Positions 56,901 through 64,000 of a stretch of 64,000 nt of DNA are shown piece by piece. A program made the position numbers and the translations under genes. Numbering within the stretch: the stretch's first letter is position 1; every line of letters starts with the position of its first letter. The DNA comes from Phoronis australis (taxonomy: Eukaryota; Animalia; Phoronida). Below the pieces are notes generated by a model. That model searched no databases. It saw only the letters and a program-made list of their open reading frames with translations, and had not been told where the DNA came from. The DNA is taken from the NCBI GenBank assembly GCA_002633005.1, contig NMRA01000033.1, positions 1,478,797-1,542,796 of the forward strand. The letters run 5' to 3'.

Positions 56901-59900
56901 CACCACTTGGTAGAGTTGATTGTGGCTCACATATGTCATTTCTTGTGCAAGTGGGTCAAGTTCATACGGCATGAAACCCGACGAAAGTTCGCCCAATGGG
57001 AAATCGAATTCATTGTCTGATTCTTCAAGTACTTGAGTATAAGTGCCCGTATCCACTCTCCTCTCTGTCTGCATTATAATTGTCCAATTCTCACCTAATA
57101 TTGTCATTGTCTTCTGACTTGCAGTGTTCCGACATTGCAAATGATTGTCAAGCGGCCAACCGTCTTCCACCCATTGCATCATTTGGCGGGAAACTTAGAA
57201 ATAAGTAATTTTTCTTCAAAATTAAAAAAGTTGCCAATATTTGGCATAAAAGGTGCCTATTTAGCAAGATTTTATGGTATTCGATTCATATTAGCTAACT
57301 GAAACCTGAAAAAGTAAGAAAATGCATGGTGGGAACTCTTTAAGTGATTGCCAATTTAAATTATTTTTAGGATTCACAGTCTCTATATTTCTAATCATCC
57401 CAAACTGATATGCACACAACATGAGGTTAATCAATCTTCCATTAACCAACGTATACAGGTGAGGCGAAAGGATAGGTGGTTGACTAGCACAGATGACAGG
57501 GCACTCTGACACCTTCAACAGGAAATTTACAGGTGAATAAGCCGATCATTCTCACCTGGAAGTTGGTCATTTCCTTTTTCTTCAACAGGTCCGACATGTA
57601 ATCAATTAGGTGCAGGCCAAACGCGTTCTTGGCATTGATTTTCTGTATGAGCAAAACAGTTTTAGAAGCATTTTAATTAATACTATTCTGGTTGGAATAA
57701 TATTCATAAAGAAGATTGCCTAATTAGGGATACGACTGTCACCTCTGCCATAATGAAATGGACCTTTTGAGCCATGAAAAACATGAGTTTTAAAATGTGT
57801 GTGACATAACTTCAGGCTCCATCGCTAAGACGTCTGTCTCATGAAAAGTAACTTTTAAATCTTAAAAGACTTAAGCCAGAAATTTGGTGTTACGTTCCAC
57901 ATAAAAATTTCTGAAAAATAATAAAATATGAATTGTGCAAAAGACAAGTCTCATAGAATACCAAGATGTAATTACTAGTTACTGAGACAATTTCTGCAAC
58001 TTATTTTTGGATTGTGATGCACTCATAATTACTCAGCTAAACTTTTTTCAGCAATTGTCATGTGGGAACGTAAGACTAAATTTCTGTCATTTTCATGAAA
58101 CAGATCCCAGCTAACTGTTGAGCCCAAGGTGTATTGTCGCTAATACCACAACAGATGATTCAACGGTGTTCCAAAAGTCCTCTACATATTGCACTTTCAT
58201 AATAGACACAGTTCTTATAAACATAGAAAAATTGATCATGAAGAGATGGAATAACATCATTACAGGCTTGTAATTAACATGTTCTTATTTTCATGACGTC
58301 TTTCAATTCTGTGGTCTAAATTGCTTAACTCAAGTTTTTTTCAAAACCGGAAACAAAATTGTTAATATTCATGTCAAGTGATGACAACCAATAAATAGCA
58401 TCCAATAAAATACATAAGACAATAACAATTCTGAAGCCAAACACTTCCACCATTTTAATTAGGTGCAATTTGTTTGTTGATGAAACATGGTTTTAACTTC
58501 ATAATGTATACTCAATTTTGTGTGGAATTTCCATAACCAACTGTGTTTCAAACAATCTTTCTCAGAAAAATTATTTTTGAACAAAGTTCAGGAATAATTC
58601 AAACTTCATCCAGACAACTGAACGGCACATCATTTATCATATACTCACATTTTCTGCTGACAACTTGATGCAGTTGGCATAGTGGTCAGTCAACTGGGCA
58701 CCGGTCAAACCACTTAATGGAGCTGATCGACGCCTGTAACAAACAGTGAAAGCTTCAACCACAATCAGTGCCCATCATCATAAATGTGGATCTGGCCACA
58801 AAAACAATAAGCAAAACAAACTAGATTCACAGTTGTTGTCAACACATCAACAAGAAATTAATTGCTTTACAGGGGAGTTTCCTCACCATCTAAAATTAAA
58901 TGATTCCAACTTAAAGCGACAGTAAAGTGGACTTCATTCTAGTAAGGAAACTTTTGGTTTAGACCACTCATCACTAAAAAATTGGTCTCAGTCTGTTCAC
59001 TACTTAGACGAGAAAACAAGTGATTTCTGAACTTATGAAGAACTGATAGTTCATTTATTATTAAGAATATGCGGTGACAAGTTGACCAGGGCTTGGCCTT
59101 GACCAAAAGTAAAGTGCCCGTTCTTTTGAAACCTTGAAATCACCTGCAAAATTGAATAAGGAACAATTTGGGACCAATTTCGTTATGTTAAGTGGTCCAA
59201 ATCAAGAGTTTTTTTCTGATGGAGGGAAGGCTGATTGCTGCTTTAACAAAAAAGAGTGCAGGTGGCCTGATGCCTTTTGCAGTACTCAGGCCCAAGGCCG
59301 TTCCCCATAACACTAACTGCTTTAACAAAAGACACATTATAAGTAAAAAGCCTGAGTGAAAATTATGAAATTGGAAAAATATTTGAAAAAATATTGATGG
59401 TTCATAACAATGAAACAAGAAAAAAGAACAACACTACGTGACCCGTTATGTTCCGCACTGTACCTGTCTGAAGGGGTTCCAGGACTTGACAAGTGGCGGC
59501 GCTGAAGCTCAACAACCTTTGACCTGCGCCTGGCTCGCTTCTCGGCTTCGTCATCATTCTCCGATGCGTTCACCAGAAGGGACGACTGATTAGAATTACT
59601 GGTCAAACCAACATGTCGTCGGGTGGACGGAGAGATGTAGTCTTGAGGAGTCCTCGGTGTGACTGAACGCGCTGCTGGGGAAGCTAGTGGTGTCCTCATG
59701 ACTACAATTGTCATTAAGTGAGTCAAAGAAATGTCTATATGCCTGGGGCACGTTCCAAGAAAACTGACTTAGCTAAGACAAATCTTAAATTGAAGTCAAT
59801 TTTAAGATAAAACTTTAATTTGTCTTAAGTCCATAGCAAGAGAGTGATCTTAGGTTTGACCACAGTTTTTGACTTAAGTTTTGTCTTAAGTTCGAGTAAC

Positions 59901-61489
59901 TTATTGGATGTGAAAGTTTCAAAGTTTGGAAGATGATACAAATGTTAGACTTACGTAAAAAATGAACTGAAATCAGTTCCATGGAGTATGAATTGATTCA
60001 GACTACTGCCATTTAAAAAACTTGGGGTTCAAATATGTACAATCATAGTGTTGTGGGCAGCATTGTAGCCACAATGACAGTCTAGTGGGGGCTTCCTGTT
60101 AAACTTGTTGCCAGGTCCTATGACCGACTAACCTTGAGGCAATATATACAGTTTTGGAACAATCTAGGTAAAAAATAACCAATGCACATTTTCACACAAA
60201 ATCTTCAAAAACGACACTCTTCCTTGATCAAATAAATTTGATAACTTTTTCAGAAAGAATGTCACCAGTCCGTTATTCTGCAGTTAAGTTTGTTGAGCCA
60301 TCATGCACATATGTGAATGTTAAGTGCCATGAAATTAATAAGTACTCTCTGTTTGCCAATCTCTGGTTTCGCTAATTCTTCAATCCACAGTTCCTTTTTT
60401 CCCTGATTATGCACATTTCAAAACAAATTACCAGAAGTAGTTGCACTTTTTTGAACTTGTTTTAAGTACTTTACTATCAGCCATCTGAAATTCTGAGGAA
60501 AGTTTGCTTTGGCAAAGTTTTCATTTTCCAAAAGAAGCCATTTTACCGAAACAAAAGTTGAGCAAACGACATCAGCATATGACTGTTTTGAAATCGGCCA
60601 GTATGGACATTACTTGTTACATGTACACAACTTTGTGGAGGAAGAACATTTGATTGAAGAATCGGCGAAAAAATAAACTAGCCAATAGGTGACGCTATAT
60701 GCATAAGACTGCTCCACAACTTTAGCAGCATCATAACAGTAGAACGCAAAACACCAGTAGACAATTTAGTTTATGTACTTAAGGAAGAGTGTAGTGTTAA
60801 ATGACAATAATTTTGTGTCAGATTTTAGTTGCCCAGTTTCTTACCCACATCGGCACAAACTGTATATTTAGTATTATATACGGCTTTGCACAAAGGCTAG
60901 TGACCTCCAAGCCAACCAGCTGTATGAAGACTATCATCACAATACAGCTAGGAACCACTATCTGTTAAACTCCGATAGACCTCGAAATTTCACACAGTCC
61001 AGCCCAGGTAGTTCTGCTTGTCGCTTGGCCATGAAACTAATAGGTGTAGTGCTAACGACTGGCGGGGTACATGTAAAATGTGGGAGCCAACCAACACTTA
61101 CACCTAGCCCGTTGCAGCCATTTAAGCGAAAAACAATCTTGATAAATGTGATTTTCTTGTAAAATTCTCTATATATTTAGTTTAAAGCTTAGACATCTCA
61201 CAATCAAACTTTTTGATCAGTTGCCCAATATATAGTATATCAATTCAAAGGCTACACAAGGTGTCCCTCTATCTATGCGTAAAACTAAAGACTACTTATA
61301 TGAACATGACTTTAATGGTTTAATCAGAATGAGGCATAATTTGCCGAAAAGCTTCCGGCGTATGGAGGGATAGCCACTAGTCACTACTACCCTTGACTGA
61401 GTCTGAGTCTTAGTGCCAGTGTGACGATTACTCCGTAGTAGTATCGTCCGGTTACCTATTTTCGTCAGGCTCCAAAGTTCGTCCGCCAT
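41862..61489 (-). CDS. NCAPH: Condensin I kleisin subunit CAP-H (barren homolog), ~730 aa, 17 exons
   Basis: Exons (minus): 61489-61456, 59701-59464, 58733-58649, 57642-57556, 53175-53061, 52624-52557, 51939-51675, 50948-50860, 50007-49851, 48759-48684, 48190-48063, 47496-47264, 46647-46546, 46162-45986, 45558-45451, 43856-43689, 41924-41862. All GT-AG, phases consistent, 2193 nt. Motifs: [120 protein letters not shown]. Confidence 0.96.
43689..43856 (-). CDS. NCAPH: NCAPH exon 16
   Basis: [21 protein letters not shown]. Confidence 0.94.
43984..44714 (+). repeat. 81-bp perfect direct repeat (43984-44064 and 44634-44714) flanking the MITE
   Basis: gcttaaatcgtacaaaattcg...tagaaagtctctta is identical on both sides. 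Confidence 0.92.
44065..44633. mobile_element. 569-bp MITE (PIF/Harbinger-like) with ~40-bp TIRs, NCAPH intron
   Basis: GGGCTGTTCCAGtAAAATCTGTaTGGGAGGGGGGAAGGCA ... TGCCTTCCCCCCCTCCCACACAGATTTTGCTGGAACAGCCC; internal accacccata repeats. Confidence 0.9.
45110..45490 (-). repeat. Minisatellite derived from the NCAPH exon 15 end and donor; contains an 86-N gap (45298-45383)
   Basis: Repeated gaactacctga..gtgatga..ggataag|gtgag..ggggtgggg units on the minus strand. Confidence 0.75.
45451..45558 (-). CDS. NCAPH: NCAPH exon 15
   Basis: [28 protein letters not shown]. Confidence 0.93.
45590..45649 (+). repeat. (CARR)n tetranucleotide microsatellite
   Basis: caaa/caga/cagg runs. Confidence 0.85.
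45986..46162 (-). CDS. NCAPH: NCAPH exon 14
   Basis: ADDD..GDNLVAQPNK. Confidence 0.9.
46546..46647 (-). CDS. NCAPH: NCAPH exon 13
   Basis: YDYNNANDRENYCP. Confidence 0.92.
47264..47496 (-). CDS. NCAPH: NCAPH exon 12
   Basis: FKINFDDD..TTLPKDLHY..FIKP. Confidence 0.92.
48063..48190 (-). CDS. NCAPH: NCAPH exon 11
   Basis: [15 protein letters not shown]. Confidence 0.93.
48684..48759 (-). CDS. NCAPH: NCAPH exon 10
   Basis: tttag|GTTCTTCA...ATACG|gtgagt; phase 1-2 bridges its neighbours. Confidence 0.8.
49105..49177 (+). pseudogene. tRNA-derived SINE head / pseudo-tRNA
   Basis: A-box TGGCTGAGCGG and B-box/T-arm GCGGGTTCAATTCCGC at tRNA-like spacing; acceptor and anticodon stems do not pair well. 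Confidence 0.65.
49851..50007 (-). CDS. NCAPH: NCAPH exon 9
   Basis: HAFDLDAEVEP..acidic; phases fit. Confidence 0.85.
50860..50948 (-). CDS. NCAPH: NCAPH exon 8
   Basis: QICPAFSEFEFTNW. Confidence 0.9.
51675..51939 (-). CDS. NCAPH: NCAPH exon 7
   Basis: [24 protein letters not shown]. Confidence 0.93.
52557..52624 (-). CDS. NCAPH: NCAPH exon 6
   Basis: NENVGDHEGEEGDDDQRKKKKR; phases fit. Confidence 0.85.
53061..53175 (-). CDS. NCAPH: NCAPH exon 5
   Basis: [31 protein letters not shown]. Confidence 0.93.
53798..55079 (+). mobile_element. Helentron-associated (HINE-like) element with internal ~145-bp tandem units in a ~435-bp higher-order repeat
   Basis: AACAAGAG start; eight units, each with a ccactag.nggc motif and an aattt.at..aatc block; ggacg-like microsatellite near the 3' end. 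Confidence 0.7.
56271..56632 (+). pseudogene. THAP zinc-finger N-terminus of a decayed transposase
   Basis: MKRCVCGNCGNNN..VFKFPKYVKVAQKWHRF[MITE]VRRTR..(frameshift) L*SAHFKESCF. Confidence 0.75.
56381..56529. mobile_element. 149-bp nested MITE with 5-bp TSD
   Basis: TTTGT|CATGGGCGGCGCACCA ... TGCTGCGCCACCCATG|ATTGT. Confidence 0.85.
57556..57642 (-). CDS. NCAPH: NCAPH exon 4
   Basis: [29 protein letters not shown]. Confidence 0.93.
58649..58733 (-). CDS. NCAPH: NCAPH exon 3
   Basis: [15 protein letters not shown]. Confidence 0.93.
59464..59701 (-). CDS. NCAPH: NCAPH exon 2
   Basis: [29 protein letters not shown]. Confidence 0.9.
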
Positions 61490-63293
61490 CTTGTTTCGCG
61501 TGCAGCGCAACCACGCGGGACTTAGCGTTCCAATTTGGAGTTCTCGTCTGCACGTTAGGTACTAACTTATCGGNTAGCGAGGACAGCATTCTTCAGCGAA
61601 TCGCGTCGCGTATCTGTCACCGTGTTAAATTCGCTCACTACAATCGGCAAAAAATAACTCAAAAATGTAATAAATGTGAATAAAAATTATTGCAAAGTAT
61701 GAAAGAATATATTGTTTTACTTATCTGATAATCTTTTTTGTCGCAAAATTCGTTTAATAATACTTTGCACGAGTTTTTTGCAGGAACGTGACCGGTTTTT
61801 CAGACCAAAATGGATGCCGGTAAAAATGACTGCTATTTGGTTTTCAACCCAGGAGAAGACTAAACTCGCGAATTTTTACGTGAAACTTCGTGAAAGAACA
61901 AAAGGGAGTCTTGCAAACACGATTATGTAAGTAGTTTTCACTTTCCTGCACTTAAAAGTTGAGAAAGTCGCCTTTTCCCGCGACCTTCAACTTCGAGCTG
62001 AATTTATTGGTATATAGCATAATTTGCGATGATAATAATGAACTGTATTCTGCACTAAAGGGTTCATTAATGAACTATTTCAAACACTTGTTCTAAACGA
62101 ACATTTCGTCAATTTCTGACAATCGGGCGACTTTCTGACTCACTTCGTAGTTCCGGGTACTGCCGCTAGGGGTAGTCCTGTGAATCGCGTTGAATGTTTG
62201 GTTTACAATACTGAAGCACTTCAACTTTTCCTGATGAAAACTCAATGTAAAAGAGAACTAAACAGTCATTTCTCGTAGTGAGAACAATGATTCTTATATT
62301 TAAGTTTTTTTTTCTATTTTGCTTCACATTTTTGTTGGTCAAGCCACTGATAGACTTGGGTTGGCTTGCTGCCAGAGAGGTCCACACCCATCTTGCCTTG
62401 TTGGTTATGACATTTTATTCAGAATATGTCAAGATAGAAAATGAAAATGTTTTAATTTTAGATTAAACATTACAAATGTACAGTTCTACTGCAGTCCTGT
62501 GTTTCTAAGACTTTGTGGTCCACTACTTAAACATATACATGCTTTCGATAAACTTTTTTTCTGACGACCACGGGCCAGTATAAATATTTTTTAACAGAAC
62601 AATTGAGGTTTGCCTAGACTGTTCATAAATCTCACCCTGATCTTATCTTTATCCTCCAGGTAAGCTTTGTTGGAATTTGCTGTGGACCAAACCAGTTGTT
62701 ATTTTCTTCATTATTTTTGTTCTTATAATTTCACCCCTATTTATCAGTTTCTATCATCATCATGTCTCACATTTCTTTCTCAACAGACTCTGCTTCTAGC
62801 TCTTGGTCCAGATCCTTCTACTTCCCTGCTTCTACTGATTCTACTTGCATTTTATCAGTTATTCAGTTGGACATGATCTCAAAGCCTCATTCATTTTGGC
62901 TCTTCCCTCCACCTATCGGACGGTGCTTTTCAGCTCTTGATGCTGTTGAGGAGTCTGCGAAGAAGTACCATATGCCAACAACACCTCTTAAGANTGGATC
63001 ATGTTTTGTGTCCCGTCGGAAGAAAATTTAAATTCGAAAACATCTTCTGAAAACGCACAAAAAAGTGTATTAGTAAAATCTACTGATTTTTAAGTGGTTT
63101 TAAAAAACAATCGGTAAACTCACCGATTTTTGTCTCATTACTTTGATACGTGTCTCTTCCGATAAGTTAGTACCTAACGTGCAGACGAGAACTCCAAATT
63201 GGAACGCTAAGTCCCGCGTGGTTGCGCTGCACGCGAAACAAAATGGCGGACGAACTTTGGAGCCTGACGAAAATAGGTAACCGGACGATACTA
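61439..63293. repeat. 135-bp inverted repeat (61439-61573 and 63159-63293), 134/135 identical, containing the NCAPH promoter and exon 1
   Basis: Reverse-complement match with one mismatch (caaGatggcg versus caaAatggcg). Confidence 0.92.
61456..61489 (-). CDS. NCAPH: NCAPH putative exon 1 (MADELWSLTKI; may be 5'UTR, with the start at 59699)
   Basis: caagATGGCG context; G|gtaacc donor; phase 1 joins in frame to tag|TCATG at 59701. Confidence 0.6.
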
Positions 63294-63479
63294 GTAGACT
63301 ATTCGTCAACAATGATTCACATTCACAGGCCATCTTTACCAGGTTTACAAACAACTACCAGTGTGATCCGTGCTGTTTAGAAACTTGTAACAAGTGTTTC
63401 GACATTAAAGGCAACATGTTATACTTACTGACTGGTGTTTTGAACCAAATCCTATTTCCAGATTTGTTGTCAAAGATTC

Positions 63480-63780
63480 ACTTCAAAACCCCCGCTTTCC
63501 GTTTACAATGCGCGCGCAATTTCCTCTTCTTCAACATCCGGGAAATAGTTAGGCGAATGTAAGTGGCGATAACAGACCCGTCAGAAAAGTGGTATACAAA
63601 CACGAGCTACGCATGCGCGCACCCAGCCTTCAATTAAGTTGGGGGGTCGTGGGCCTTATCCTAACAAAACAGCGGGCAGAATAAAAAAACGGGAGTAGTG
63701 GTCTTTTGTCCAGTTACTTCGGACTTTTTGTAGCTCGGAGGCGGACCTTTTTTACCTTTCTAGTCGCCATGAAATCGGGG
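63480..63780 (+). promoter_or_regulatory. CpG-rich promoter-like region of a possible downstream plus-strand gene
   Basis: NRF1-like tgcgcgcgca (~63509) and cgcatgcgcgca (~63610); acceptor-like ctttctag ending at 63763; gccATG at 63769. Confidence 0.45.
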
Positions 63781-64000
63781 GGGCTCGAATGCTGCGTGGT
63801 AGTTTACAAACGGTTGGCACAGAGGTAGATGCGGGTCATATAGTGCATTCTCTGGTAATAGTCGGAAATGTGGATCTCTGACGGCGGAGTAACTGAACTA
63901 GACCTATCTAATAATGAGAATTGTCACGATTCACATCTGAATACAAATTCTTTGTACTGAGAAGACCTCCCAATCGGCACTGCCTCAGAGTCTATGGCAT

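Larger units (their letters stand above)
56036..57339. mobile_element. Kolobok-type DNA transposon deletion derivative (1.3 kb) with a THAP-domain remnant
   Basis: TTAA|AGAGTTCCCACCATG ... CATGGTGGGAACTCT|TTAA (perfect 15-bp TIR and TTAA TSD); THAP-like reading from ATG 56271. Confidence 0.88.

Noticed and set aside
62762-63031. ORF with KPHSFWLFPP..LDA, faintly like Penelope ORFs
   Set aside because: Too short and degenerate to support; spans an N

Overview
Intron-rich, AT-rich eukaryotic DNA, probably from an invertebrate bilaterian (taxon not determinable). It is not prokaryotic: no CRISPR array or operon. Four conserved genes were reconstructed exon by exon with GT-AG sites and consistent phases. 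They are the 3' part of ARL3 (+, 4460-8329), MORN4/retinophilin (-, 14096-17638), an LCOR/LCORL-E93/Mblk-1 family transcription factor (+, 19421-36937, ~703 aa; LCORL-type N-terminus, LxxLL, PLDLS, two pipsqueak HTH domains) and condensin I kleisin NCAPH (-, 41862-61489, 17 exons, ~730 aa). Introns and UTRs hold many small transposon relics. These include TTAA-flanked Kolobok-like elements (one with a THAP remnant split by a nested MITE), MITEs with 5-bp TSDs, a MITE flanked by an 81-bp perfect duplication, Penelope-type hammerhead-like motifs, and a Helentron-like element carrying eight CTCF-like motifs. The most unusual item is a 135-bp near-perfect inverted copy of the NCAPH promoter and first exon, pointing into a CpG-rich region at the window end; it may be an assembly artefact. 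Family assignments come from motif recognition only; no searches were run.
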